Shown in pieces: positions 29,313-39,127 of a stretch of DNA of 64,000 nucleotides. Made by a program: the position numbers and the translations under genes. Numbering within the stretch: position 1 is the stretch's first letter; every line of letters begins with the position of its first letter. The notes beneath the pieces are model-generated. The model was given only the letters and a program-made list of their open reading frames with translations. It searched no databases and was not told where the DNA came from. The DNA is from a candidate division WOR-3 bacterium (GTDB lineage Bacteria; Hydrothermota; Tepidihabitantia; Tepidihabitantales; Tepidihabitantaceae): contig CBFGJV010000008.1 in NCBI GenBank assembly GCA_965649205.1, forward strand, positions 29,479 to 93,478, in the 5' to 3' direction.

Positions 29313-30079
29313 TGACAAAAGTAGTAGCGAGCTGGGTAGTTCTGGCATTGGTGTTGGGTGCAGGGGCGGTTTACGGTAGCCCGGGGATTGACTATTTTCA
29401 GGCCGGCAATGAGGCTTACGAGGTGGGAGATTTTGCTGGCGCAGTGGCACATTATGATAGTGCGGAGTTGTATATGCGGAGCGCTAATCTGTATTACAAT
29501 CGAGGCAACGCCTATTTCAAACTGGGGGCGCTGGGACGCGCCGTGGCGGATTACAATCGAGCGTATGTGCTGGCCCCGCAGGACGTAGACATCCGCCAGA
29601 ATCTGCAGTTTGTGCGTGCGTATCGGCCGGATAAGACACTGGTATTACCCAATCCGCTGGTGCAGTTGTTTACTACTTTTCTGCGTTTGGTTGATCTGCA
29701 TACCGCCAAGTTGACTAATGGAGTTTTGTTCTTTCTGGCGCTGCTAGCGGTGGCTGTAGGTTTGGGGTGGCGGACACGCATAGCTTATGGCGTAGGTGCA
29801 GGGCTGGGGGTATTGTGGCTTTATACGGATGCTTCGTGGCTGAGTTGGGCGGCAGAAGTGAGCCCGGCCCGAGCCGTGGTGGTGGAGTCAGAGCTTACTT
29901 TGCGTTCCGGTCCAGGCGAGGAGTATAAAGACCTTCTGGTGGTGCACGACGGGCTGGAGGTTTTGATTCGTTCTCGCCGGGGAAAGTATGTGCTGGTGCA
30001 GGCGCCGGGCGGAGAGGGTGGCTGGGTCGAGGCGGGGGCCGTGGAACAGATTTTTCCGCGGTCATTTCTGAAAGAGTGA
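29309..30079 (+). CDS. batE: BatE family TPR + SH3b protein
   Basis: YYNRGNAYFKLG, DIRQNL, LRSGPGEEY..HDGLEV..GWV. Confidence 0.85.
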   Translation: MMTKVVASWVVLALVLGAGAVYGSPGIDYFQAGNEAYEVGDFAGAVAHYDSAELYMRSANLYYNRGNAYFKLGALGRAVADYNRAYVLAPQDVDIRQNLQFVRAYRPDKTLVLPNPLVQLFTTFLRLVDLHTAKLTNGVLFFLALLAVAVGLGWRTRIAYGVGAGLGVLWLYTDASWLSWAAEVSPARAVVVESELTLRSGPGEEYKDLLVVHDGLEVLIRSRRGKYVLVQAPGGEGGWVEAGAVEQIFPRSFLKE

Positions 30080-30116
30080 CTATTGCCATACGGGCGAGGG
30101 TAGTTTAAAATATTCT

Positions 30117-31337
30117 GTGGCTGCTCATCATAGTTCCAGCCGGGGAAAGCAGCGGCCCAGTGAGTTCAAGCTGGATGCGGTCTTTGAGCTGGGCCGGTCT
30201 TTTTTGCAGGGTGATAACGAGAAGGTGGCGCACGAATTGTTTTTGCAGGTGTTGCGTTCTCAGCCGGATAATTTGCATTGTCGGTATCTGTCCACCGTTT
30301 GCGCCTTTCTTTTAGGAGACGAAGATACACTTGAAGATAATTGCGCTTATGTTCTGTCTGTCGCTCGGCGGCATCCCTATGCTGTAGCCTGCGAAGCAGT
30401 GCGTTATCTGTATCTGGGAAATTACGAACGGGCCGAGTCGTTTTTGGAGCAGGCATTGCGGGCGTTGCCGCGTAATCCGGATATTTATCTGGGGCTGGTG
30501 CTGGTGCAGGAGTATCGGGGAGATAGCGAGAAGGGTATAGAGAGTTGCAGAAAGCTTCTGGAGCTGGAGCCGGATTGCGCGCGAGCCCATCTGGCGTTGG
30601 GATCTTTTTGTGCCATGGAGGGCGATTTTGATGCTGCACTGGCTTCGTACCAGAGAGCCAGAGAGCTGGTGCCCGAGGTGGAGAATCCGCACATGCGTCT
30701 GGGCTGCGATTATTACTATAACGGTCTTTTGGAGCAGGCTATGGCCGAGTTTGGCGTGGTAGTAGGGGAGGAGCCTGATTATCCTGCGGCTTATTTTTAT
30801 TTGATGGACTGTCTGCGCCGTCTGGGTCGCACCGACGAGGCACTGGATGTTTATCGGGACATAAGGCAGCGTTTTGATCGATGTCCGGAGGAGACCGCGG
30901 GTCTGTTTGAACGATTTCAGATGAAGAGGGAAACTGTGGTCGCACTAGAGAAGTTATGTCGCCGACGGCCCCGTTCCGCGGAGCTGCTTTTCCGGTTGAG
31001 TGTGGCGTATCGGGAAGCGGGGCGGCTGCAGGAGGCGCTGGCTACCGCGCAGAGGCTGGTGCGGCTGGCGCCCAAAGAAGCGGAGGTTCATAGTTTGCTC
31101 GCCGAGTTGTATTTCCGCCTGGAACAGTATCAGGCAGCAGCGAGGTCTGCCCGGCGTGCCATTCAGCTCAATCCGAACGCGCAGGAAAGTTATCTTGTGT
31201 TGGCCGATTCGCTTCTGTTTTTGGGAAGGCAGGACGAGTCTCACAAGGTGGTGCAGGAGATGGAGGCGGCGCGCCGGAAAGCCTGGGAAACATATCAGGC
31301 CCGTTTTTCCGGACAGGACCGTGTGGATAGGGAGTAG
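30117..31337 (+). CDS. Tetratricopeptide repeat protein
   Basis: Multiple TPR units; own promoter TTGCCA-17-TAAAAT ending 5 nt before GTG. Confidence 0.85.
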   Translation: MAAHHSSSRGKQRPSEFKLDAVFELGRSFLQGDNEKVAHELFLQVLRSQPDNLHCRYLSTVCAFLLGDEDTLEDNCAYVLSVARRHPYAVACEAVRYLYLGNYERAESFLEQALRALPRNPDIYLGLVLVQEYRGDSEKGIESCRKLLELEPDCARAHLALGSFCAMEGDFDAALASYQRARELVPEVENPHMRLGCDYYYNGLLEQAMAEFGVVVGEEPDYPAAYFYLMDCLRRLGRTDEALDVYRDIRQRFDRCPEETAGLFERFQMKRETVVALEKLCRRRPRSAELLFRLSVAYREAGRLQEALATAQRLVRLAPKEAEVHSLLAELYFRLEQYQAAARSARRAIQLNPNAQESYLVLADSLLFLGRQDESHKVVQEMEAARRKAWETYQARFSGQDRVDRE

Positions 31338-31454
31338 TTTGGCGGGTAGCTGCTAGGCCATCTGGGCTACTCCTGACTAGGAACAAGGGGAATCCTTTTT
31401 CTGTAACTAGGGTCTAAGCGCCACTATGCGAAGTTGCAGAGAAAGGAGTCTATC

Positions 31455-33656
31455 ATGTTCAGGAGTAAATTTGGCTTTATTTTATGGGCGTTGGTTCTGG
31501 CGGTGGCTGTGGCTGCGGCAGGGAGTATCCACGCCTATCCGCAGCACGAGCAGTACTGGACTGGGCGGGTGATGAATGCGCAAGGAAGTTTCCGGAAGCT
31601 GGGGCCGGAGGTGATGTTTGGTAGGGGTGCAGACCCGGCTTTTCCTGCAGAAGCGAAGTGGCAGGGCTGGTTAAAGTTTGATTTGTCCGGCCTGCCGGAT
31701 AATGCGGAAATAAAGTCTGTTTCTTTGTTCTATAATGTGATTTCGCCGGGGAACGGACCAGTACCCGCTACTTATGTGACAATAGTGGAGGTTGACCCGG
31801 TATTTGCTGCAGCCGAAGAGTTGTGGCAGGCGATAGTGGAGGGACAGATAGCGGCATCGGCCCTGAGTAGCAGCCGGGGTTGGGTGGAGCGGGCGTTGGA
31901 TGAGGTTGGCAGAGAAGCTGTGCAGGCGGGGCTGGTCCGCGACTGGGTCGCTTTTGGTCTTTATGAGTTCGAGCCTGGTAATCATAAAGGTTACGCGCAT
32001 GTGAAGGGATATCAGGCAGAGAAGTTCCGCCCGTATCTGAGGATAAGTTATCAGGCAGCAGATGTGGCGGTAGAGGATATATTCGGCCCGGAGGGAGAAT
32101 TACCGGCCGATACGGTGGTGGTTCCGGTTGTTGTAATTGTAAATGAGGGCAGTCTGGATGCGTCGGCAGAGGTTACGGTTGTCATCAGCGACAGCGCAGG
32201 GTCAGTGTATGAGGAAACGGTGGAAGTTCCTACTGTCCCTGCTGGGGGGGAGCAGTCTGTAGCGCTGCCGGAATGGTTTCCTGCGGCCGGTGAGTTTACC
32301 GTAGTGGTGAATGTGGAAGTAGAAGGCGACGCCAACGTTTCTAATAATCAGTCTGTTTCTTGGGTGGTGGTTGTGCCTGAGCTGCCGCCGAGTCCTATTT
32401 CGAGTCCACGTCATGGCTGGGAAAGCGTGAAGCCGGTACCAGTGGGGCATAGTGCAGAGGAGGTACGTCAGGGCGGGTGGCTAGCAGTTGATAAAGGAAG
32501 TGGGTTGGTGTATGCCGCCCGCGGAGCTAAGAGCCGGCAGTTTTCCGTGTATGACCCGCGTAAGGGAAGTTGGAGCGCGTTGTCGCCGCTGCCGGTGAAG
32601 GCAGGCCGGGGAGCACGGGGCGTAGCAGACGGCAGGGGGAATGTGTTTTTTGTGCGGGGCGGAGGCACGCGCGAGTTCTGGCGCTATGTTGTGGCAGAAA
32701 ATCGCTGGGAGAAGCTGCCGGATGTTCCTTACGGCAACAGCGGCAAGGGCGTGAAGGCATTTGCCGATATGGTACACGTGAGTCGATACGGGCTGGATTT
32801 CATCTATCTGTTGCGAGGACCGCAGCAGGATTTTGCCCGCTACAATGTGCAAGCACGGAGCTGGGCAATGCTGGCAGATGCTCCTGCGGGTGCTGCGCCA
32901 GCCTGGAAGCAGGGTTCTTGGCTGGTGTATGATGGTGAGTCGAAGATATACGCACATAAAGCACCTGTGCATGAAATGTGGATATATGACTTGGAGGAAG
33001 AGAGCTGGGTCGGGCAGGTTCCGGCTATGCCTTATGCCAGAGAGGGAAGCAATAGCCGGCCGCGCCGGTTGAAAGAAGGGGGTTCTGCTGCATGGAGCGA
33101 AGACGGTATATACGCGCTGAAGGCAGGAAATACGCAGGAATTCTGGCGTTACGAGGTGAAGGGGGCGGTTTGGAAGGAAGCAGAGCCGATGCCGGCAGTG
33201 GGCACAAATCTGAAGAGGAAGATGGCCGGACCAGGCGCAGACCTTGTGACATATCCTTTCAGTCGCGCATTGTACGCGTTCAAGGGCAACAGAACGTTTG
33301 AGTTTTGGCGTTATACTCTGCCGCCAAGACGGTCAAATGTTGCGGGCAGAACTGATCTTGTGCGCGCAAAAGAAATTCCTTCTGCCAGAAAGCTGGCTAC
33401 GGTGGCAGTTGCGGTGCGGCCCAATCCTGTAGCCGGGCGACGGGCCAGTCTACATTTTTCTGCCCCGGTTGCCGGAAATATTCAGCTGGTTCTTTTTGAT
33501 GCGTTAGGAAGAGTGCATCTGCAGAGCGTCGTACAGGCCGAAAGGAACATGTTGCATGCGCCGCTGGAATTGGGGAATATCCCCGCCGGCGTTTATGTAC
33601 TGCAAGCCGAACTGGAGGGAAGTATAATCGGTTCGCAGTTCCTGGTAATAGACTGA
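31455..33656 (+). CDS. Secreted protein: DNRLRE-like N-domain, CARDB-like Ig, Kelch-like propeller, T9SS-like CTD
   Basis: Signal peptide, LKFDLSGLP, NEG..D..SNN, repeated EFWRY units, RPNP..AGVYVL; AAAGGAG RBS. Confidence 0.85.
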   Translation: MFRSKFGFILWALVLAVAVAAAGSIHAYPQHEQYWTGRVMNAQGSFRKLGPEVMFGRGADPAFPAEAKWQGWLKFDLSGLPDNAEIKSVSLFYNVISPGNGPVPATYVTIVEVDPVFAAAEELWQAIVEGQIAASALSSSRGWVERALDEVGREAVQAGLVRDWVAFGLYEFEPGNHKGYAHVKGYQAEKFRPYLRISYQAADVAVEDIFGPEGELPADTVVVPVVVIVNEGSLDASAEVTVVISDSAGSVYEETVEVPTVPAGGEQSVALPEWFPAAGEFTVVVNVEVEGDANVSNNQSVSWVVVVPELPPSPISSPRHGWESVKPVPVGHSAEEVRQGGWLAVDKGSGLVYAARGAKSRQFSVYDPRKGSWSALSPLPVKAGRGARGVADGRGNVFFVRGGGTREFWRYVVAENRWEKLPDVPYGNSGKGVKAFADMVHVSRYGLDFIYLLRGPQQDFARYNVQARSWAMLADAPAGAAPAWKQGSWLVYDGESKIYAHKAPVHEMWIYDLEEESWVGQVPAMPYAREGSNSRPRRLKEGGSAAWSEDGIYALKAGNTQEFWRYEVKGAVWKEAEPMPAVGTNLKRKMAGPGADLVTYPFSRALYAFKGNRTFEFWRYTLPPRRSNVAGRTDLVRAKEIPSARKLATVAVAVRPNPVAGRRASLHFSAPVAGNIQLVLFDALGRVHLQSVVQAERNMLHAPLELGNIPAGVYVLQAELEGSIIGSQFLVID

Positions 33657-33671
33657 GCAAGAAGAGTTAGA

Positions 33672-33703
33672 AAATAGGGCGGAGTTTTCCGCCCTATTTA
33701 TTT
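33672..33703 (+). terminator. Rho-independent terminator
   Basis: AAATAGGGCGGA-GTTT-TCCGCCCTATTT followed by ATTT. Confidence 0.85.
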
Positions 33704-33877
33704 CGGGCGGAGCGGGCTATGTATGCACCCTAGGGAAGGAAGGCTTCCTACCTCATTATTTTTTTACAGATGTGTTTGGCCGTAAGTAGGGACATATGTG
33801 TCTAATGTGTTAAAAAGCCGTTAGTTGTGATGTGGTCCTTTTCTGGGTTATTTTGTACGGGGTTAACTGTTTTTTGC

Positions 33878-33911
33878 TTGACTTAGGTGGGAGGGGGGGG
33901 TAATATATAAT
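33878..33911 (+). promoter_or_regulatory. Sigma70-like promoter with a G8 tract in the spacer
   Basis: TTGACT 33878-33883, 17-bp spacer ending in G8 (33893-33900), TAATAT 33901-33906. Confidence 0.7.
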
Positions 33912-33962
33912 TGAACTTAGGTTACATCGAAGCGCGACTGTTGCGCTAGAGAGGAGACTTGT

Positions 33963-36680
33963 ATGTCTATACTAATCTCGAAGCGCCGGACCAAGAGGTC
34001 TGTTCTGGTCGTGTTGGTATTACTGGCCACGGTAGCGATAAGCCGGGCCGGTTTTGTTTCTGACGCATTTCCCCAGTACAGCGAATTATGGACGGGCAGG
34101 GTTTATGGCAATCCCGGAAAGGATGTTTTCCAAAAGTACAGCGGTGAGCCATTCGTAGGAAATGAGGCGGACCAGGGACAGTGGCGCGGCTGGATGAAGG
34201 CTGATTTGAGCGGAATTCCGGCTAATTCAGTCGTGACCGGTTGTACGCTGTATTGTTATGCTTATCCGGGGCCGAGTATGTCGGGCCGTTTCCGGACACA
34301 GACTCAGGGTGGCTGGGGTTCAGAGCCGAGAGGAGGGAATCCGGGTGCGTATCTGCACCAGAATTTCGCTGGGGCATTTCCTAACGGACTTGTTGTAGGC
34401 GGCAGGTATACGCTTACCCTTACCAGTGCGCAGGCAGTTACAGAGTATCTGCCCGACGGAGGAACTCCAGTACCACTGACGAAAAACTGGGTGAATCCTG
34501 GGGCGACCGCAATATCGGTTTTGGCCGGGCAGGTGGTAGCCTTGACGTTGTCGGTGGGTTTTGATTTGTACGACCCGAATTTCTGCGCAGACCAAGTGAA
34601 TCTGAAGGACCTGGTGATCGCGGATGTGAAAAGCCCGTGTTATGGTATGACTGTGCAGCAGGTGCTTGACCTTGCGAATGCTGTGCTGGGCGGGGGACCG
34701 GGCAATCCATCGCTGCTGAATGATGTGGTGACGCGTATCAACGAGAATTTTGTGGACGGAACTACTGACAAGGGTTTCCTAGCTTATCCGCGGGGACCCA
34801 TTTTTGTAACGCACGCAGGACTTGACCCGGTTTCTGCCGGAGACAAACCGCTCTGGCAGGCGATTACCGCAGGAGTGCCGCTGAGCGGGTCGATGATGGT
34901 TGCGCCGGGCTGGGTGACGGTGCCGCTGAACGCGGCAGGCGTGCAAGCGGTGCAGGCGAATCTGCAGCAGGGCTGGGTAGCGTTGGGTTTAACCAAGAAT
35001 GCTAACGATACGGGCTGGGCCTTTATCCGTGGATACCAGGCGCATAATCAGAGGCCGTTCCTGCGCGTGGCGTACGCAGCACCAGATGCGGGCGTAGGAG
35101 GTATCGTGGAGCCGGAGCAGGAAGTGCCGGCAGAGTCATCGGTGACCCCGACCGTGGTGGTGGAGAACGAGGGGGATACAGAGGCACCGGCCGAGGTAAT
35201 AGTCACGATTGCGGACAGTACGGGTGTAGTGTACAGCGAGTCGCTGGAGGTAGGGCCCATACCGCCAGGTGGGTCGGAAGTAGTAGTGCTACCTGAGTGG
35301 GTGCCGGATAGCACTCAGGGCGAGGTTACCGTGAGCGTTATCGTGAATACCGAGGGAGATGCGGATGAGTCGGACAATCAGCTGGTAACCTGGGTGAAGG
35401 TTGTGCCTGAGCCTGTGCCGCCGCCCCAACGCCGGCCTCGTTGGGGATGGGAAGAGGTGCGACCGTTGCCGCTTATTTCTAAGTCAGAGGTAGTGACCAA
35501 AGGTGGTTGGTTGACCGTTGATACCCGCACAGGCGTGCTTTATGCTGCCCGTGGAGGCAAGAGTAGGGACTTTTCCGCATTCGACCCGAAGGTCGGAGTC
35601 TGGTGCCGGCTGGCACCGATTCCGGTTGATGTGAGCAAGAGCTCGCGGGGAGTGGCAGACAGTCGTGGACATATCTATGTGGCGCGAGGAGCGGGCACGC
35701 AGGAGTTCTGGCGTTATATCATCAGCCAGGACAAATGGGAAAGATTGCAGGATATTCCTCTGGGCAACAGCAAGAAGCCGGTGAAGTCAGGTATAGACCT
35801 GTTGCATGTGAAACAGTACGGACTGGATTTTATTTACGCGCTGAAGGGACCAAAGCAGGATTTTCTGCGCTATAATGTGCAGGCCGGGACTTGGACCGTG
35901 CTGGCCGATGCGCCGGAGGGAATGAAGGCTGTCTGCAAGGAAGGTTCCTGGATGGTGTTCGATGGAGATTCGTTTATCTATGCTCACAAGGCGCCCACGC
36001 ACGAAATGTGGATTTACAATATTGTCGCTGATTCCTGGATAGGACAAGTGCCGGGTATGCCCTATGTGAGTCCTACGGGTATTTTTAAGCCGAAGCAGAT
36101 AAAAGACGGCGGTTCGGCGGTGTGGTGCGAGGGCGCAATCTACGCGCTGAAGGCAGGAAATACGCAGGAGTTCTGGCGTTACGATCCCAAGTATCGATCA
36201 TGGGCAGAACGGGAACCTTTGCCCGCGTTAGGAACAACTTTGAAGAGAAAGGCAGTGGGTCCTGGTTCTGATTTCGTGAGCTATCCGTTCGGACGCGCCC
36301 TGTTTGCCCTGAAGGGCAACAAGACGCGGGAAGTGTGGCGCTATACTCTGCCGCCTTTGGATATGCAATGGGAAAAACCGCGGGTGTCAGGTAATGGGGT
36401 TTCCGGTTCGACCGGACGTGCGCAGGTTTACGAGCTACGAGTGTTTCCCAACCCGCTGCGGAGAGGAACGATGCAGTTGAGCTATGCGCTGCCTTTTGCC
36501 GGAAGGGCAGAGTTGACTGTGTTTGATGCGGCCGGGCGGAGCGTGTGCAGCCGTTCTCTTGAGGTGGAGCGCGCGGGCAAGTTAGTGCTTCCGGCCAGCG
36601 AGTTGGCGCCGGGAGCGTATTTCCTACGCCTTGCCGGAGATGGATACAAACTCGCTACCCGGATAGTGGTTACTGACTGA
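33963..36680 (+). CDS. Paralog of the 31455 protein carrying an extra ~174-aa inserted domain
   Basis: Same architecture, collinear motifs (YALKAGNTQEFWRY, YPF.RAL..KGN); insert TQTQGGWG...INENFVDG. Confidence 0.85.
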   Translation: MSILISKRRTKRSVLVVLVLLATVAISRAGFVSDAFPQYSELWTGRVYGNPGKDVFQKYSGEPFVGNEADQGQWRGWMKADLSGIPANSVVTGCTLYCYAYPGPSMSGRFRTQTQGGWGSEPRGGNPGAYLHQNFAGAFPNGLVVGGRYTLTLTSAQAVTEYLPDGGTPVPLTKNWVNPGATAISVLAGQVVALTLSVGFDLYDPNFCADQVNLKDLVIADVKSPCYGMTVQQVLDLANAVLGGGPGNPSLLNDVVTRINENFVDGTTDKGFLAYPRGPIFVTHAGLDPVSAGDKPLWQAITAGVPLSGSMMVAPGWVTVPLNAAGVQAVQANLQQGWVALGLTKNANDTGWAFIRGYQAHNQRPFLRVAYAAPDAGVGGIVEPEQEVPAESSVTPTVVVENEGDTEAPAEVIVTIADSTGVVYSESLEVGPIPPGGSEVVVLPEWVPDSTQGEVTVSVIVNTEGDADESDNQLVTWVKVVPEPVPPPQRRPRWGWEEVRPLPLISKSEVVTKGGWLTVDTRTGVLYAARGGKSRDFSAFDPKVGVWCRLAPIPVDVSKSSRGVADSRGHIYVARGAGTQEFWRYIISQDKWERLQDIPLGNSKKPVKSGIDLLHVKQYGLDFIYALKGPKQDFLRYNVQAGTWTVLADAPEGMKAVCKEGSWMVFDGDSFIYAHKAPTHEMWIYNIVADSWIGQVPGMPYVSPTGIFKPKQIKDGGSAVWCEGAIYALKAGNTQEFWRYDPKYRSWAEREPLPALGTTLKRKAVGPGSDFVSYPFGRALFALKGNKTREVWRYTLPPLDMQWEKPRVSGNGVSGSTGRAQVYELRVFPNPLRRGTMQLSYALPFAGRAELTVFDAAGRSVCSRSLEVERAGKLVLPASELAPGAYFLRLAGDGYKLATRIVVTD

Positions 36681-36698
36681 GCTGGTTTGTTGCGGACT

Positions 36699-36729
36699 GG
36701 CGGGCCCGGTAACGGGCCCGTTCTGTTTT
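36699..36729 (+). terminator. Terminator hairpin between convergent genes
   Basis: CGGGCCCG-GTAA-CGGGCCCG followed by TTCTGTTTT. Confidence 0.75.
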
Positions 36730-36750
36730 AGACAGTGAAGACCGAAGAAG

Positions 36751-38397
36751 TTAGGAATGCAGGACGCATTCCGGATCTGGTCCCAAGAAGGCGTAGCGGC
36801 TGCGCATTTCCGGCCGGCGGTAGTCGGGTAGGATTAGGGGTGATTTGCGCGTGTGCGGTATGTCTGCGGCGGCGAGTTCCCGTAGAAAAGATTCTAGATG
36901 TTTAACCGTAAGTTCAGTCGGTGCTTTCATCGCCTTGGCAGCTTCGGCTGCGGCCCGGCCAGCCCGGCGACCGAATACCAGTATGTCGAGAAGGGAGTTA
37001 CCCATAAGTCGGTTGCGGCCGTGAATACCGCCCGCTACTTCGCCCGCGGCGAAAAGATTTTTAACCGTTGTTTGCCCGTTTTCATCTATGAGTATGCCAC
37101 CGTTCTGATAGTGCTGAGTGGGATAGGTGAGGACCGGCTCTTGGTCCATATAGATGCCATAGCGGGCAAACTGGTGATACATTGCCGGCAGGAGTTTTTT
37201 GACCGCGCCCGGACCTTTCAGAATTTCAATGAGAGGTGAATCGAGCCAGACACCACACATACCGGTAGGGGTTTTGACCCCACGGTCCTCCCGGCATTCA
37301 CGGATGATGGCGGAGGCGGTGATGTCGCGGCTTTCCAATTCATAGATGAAGCGGTTGCCTTCAGCGTTGACTAGCTGCGCGCCCAGTCCGCGTACTTTTT
37401 CGGTTATGAGCAGCCCGACAATTTGCTCCGGATAAGCTACGCCCGTCGGGTGGTACTGAATAGTGTCCATAAAAATGAGCTTTGCTCCGGCGCGATAAGC
37501 CAGAACTAGACCGTCTGCAGTTGCGCCATAGTGATTGGTGCAGGGAAAGCCCTGAATGTGCAGACGGCCACAGCCGCCGGTGGCAAGAATTACTGTCTTT
37601 GCCCGGACGGTCCATCGCTGTCCGGTTTCTAGGTTGACAAAGACCGCTCCTGTTACGCTGCCGCGACCGTCGGTGAGCAATTCTGCTGCGGCAGAAAATT
37701 CCATGCGGGGAATGTTCCGGTTGATGAGTTCGTCGCGGAGCACGCGCATTATTTCTGCCCCAGTGTAATCGCGGCAGGCGTGCATCCGTTTGCGAGAGGT
37801 GCCGCCGCCGTGAATAGTAATCATGGTGCCGTCGGCAGTTTTATCAAACATTACCCCCAATTCTTCCAGCCAGGCGATAATGCCGGGTGCATCCAGTACC
37901 AATGCCCGGGCGAGTGCGGGTATGTTCTTAAAGTGTCCGCCTCCCAGTACGTCAAGATAGTGACGGGCGGGCGAGTCGTCGGGTTTGTCTGCAGCTTGAA
38001 TGCCGCCCTGTGCCATCATGGTGTTGGCGTCGCCGGTGCGAAGTTTGGTGACAAGCAGTACCCGAGCTCCGGCAGCTTGGGCAGTGAGCGCCGCAGCGGC
38101 CCCTGCCCCGCCGCCGCCGATGATGAGTACGTCCACGTCGTAGTCCGGCGCGGGCAGGCTGGCAGTGTCCAGAACCGGCCAAGCCTCCAAAAGGTCGGCA
38201 AGTTCGTGGGGGGTGCGGTCGCCTTTGTTCGGGCCGAGAGAAAGCGTACGCATGGATGCTTCAATGTAATCCGGGTGGTACTTTCTGAGTAAATCCTTTT
38301 TCTCTTCGGCGGTGCGCAGCGGAATCTGCTGTTGGCGGCGTTCGGCTCGCGTGGCCTCCAGCCGCTTCAGGGATTCGCGCATGATTTCAGGATACAT
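36751..38397 (-). CDS. Fumarate reductase/succinate dehydrogenase flavoprotein-family FAD-binding protein
   Basis: IGGGGAG, MAQGGI, QYHPTG, TEKVRG, HYQNGGI, HGRNRLMGNSL. Confidence 0.88.
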   Translation of the reverse strand: MYPEIMRESLKRLEATRAERRQQQIPLRTAEEKKDLLRKYHPDYIEASMRTLSLGPNKGDRTPHELADLLEAWPVLDTASLPAPDYDVDVLIIGGGGAGAAAALTAQAAGARVLLVTKLRTGDANTMMAQGGIQAADKPDDSPARHYLDVLGGGHFKNIPALARALVLDAPGIIAWLEELGVMFDKTADGTMITIHGGGTSRKRMHACRDYTGAEIMRVLRDELINRNIPRMEFSAAAELLTDGRGSVTGAVFVNLETGQRWTVRAKTVILATGGCGRLHIQGFPCTNHYGATADGLVLAYRAGAKLIFMDTIQYHPTGVAYPEQIVGLLITEKVRGLGAQLVNAEGNRFIYELESRDITASAIIRECREDRGVKTPTGMCGVWLDSPLIEILKGPGAVKKLLPAMYHQFARYGIYMDQEPVLTYPTQHYQNGGILIDENGQTTVKNLFAAGEVAGGIHGRNRLMGNSLLDILVFGRRAGRAAAEAAKAMKAPTELTVKHLESFLRELAAADIPHTRKSPLILPDYRRPEMRSRYAFLGPDPECVLHS

Positions 38398-38414
38398 AGG
38401 GTATAAGCCCCGGG

Positions 38415-39125
38415 TCAGTCAGGTTCTATATCTCGTATATTCTTGTCGTAGTAGCGGCGGGAAAGCTCGGTTTCGTCCAGCCGCGTGAGCTCGTCCAGTT
38501 CGGCCAGATGCTGACCGGCGGCAAGTTCGGCCAAACGTGTACGCAGGTGGGGCGCGCGGGGTGTGCGTTTTGCCCCTACGATGCGCCGGGCAAGCAGGGC
38601 TACGTTGTACTGTACAATTTCGGCCGGGCAGCGAGTGGCGCAGAGGCCGCACATGATACAGTCAAAGGACAGGTCGGCGACCTTCTCGTAGTCGCCGCGG
38701 ATGGCGGCATTGACGTATCCCATCACATCAATGTCTTGCGGGCAGATTTTGGTGCAGGAGTTGCAGGAGATACAGCGCATAACTTCCGGATAGTATCTGA
38801 CTAGAGTCTGGGTAGTGGGTTCAAGATGGGTTAGGTCGTAGATCGCCTTGTTGGCCGGAAAGAAGGGGATTTGCGCCAGGTACATATCCTTTTCCACAAC
38901 TGTCTGGCAGGCAAGTCCGACCTTTATTTTGTAGGAATCCCTGGTACGGTACACAGTGCCGCAGGCGCCACAGAATCCACCTCGGCATCCGCAACCGCGG
39001 ATGAACTGGTAACCGGCGTACTCCATCGCTTTCATAATCGTCAGGTTGGCCGGCACTTCGTAGGCTCTGCCCATTACGTAGATGGTGACAAATGACGTGG
39101 TTTCAGAAGAGGATTTATCTGGCAT
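38415..39125 (-). CDS. Iron-sulfur subunit (2Fe-2S plus two 4Fe-4S)
   Basis: GCRGGFCGAC..C, CISCNSCTKICP, CIMCGLCATRCP. Confidence 0.9.
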   Translation of the reverse strand: MPDKSSSETTSFVTIYVMGRAYEVPANLTIMKAMEYAGYQFIRGCGCRGGFCGACGTVYRTRDSYKIKVGLACQTVVEKDMYLAQIPFFPANKAIYDLTHLEPTTQTLVRYYPEVMRCISCNSCTKICPQDIDVMGYVNAAIRGDYEKVADLSFDCIMCGLCATRCPAEIVQYNVALLARRIVGAKRTPRAPHLRTRLAELAAGQHLAELDELTRLDETELSRRYYDKNIRDIEPD

Positions 39126-39127
39126 CT

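Noticed and set aside
22366..29452. Long antisense ORFs over the Bat operon (e.g. 25722..26705, 27038..27727)
   Set aside because: Shadow frames of strongly G-skewed coding sequence with Pro/Ser-rich composition and no recognisable motifs
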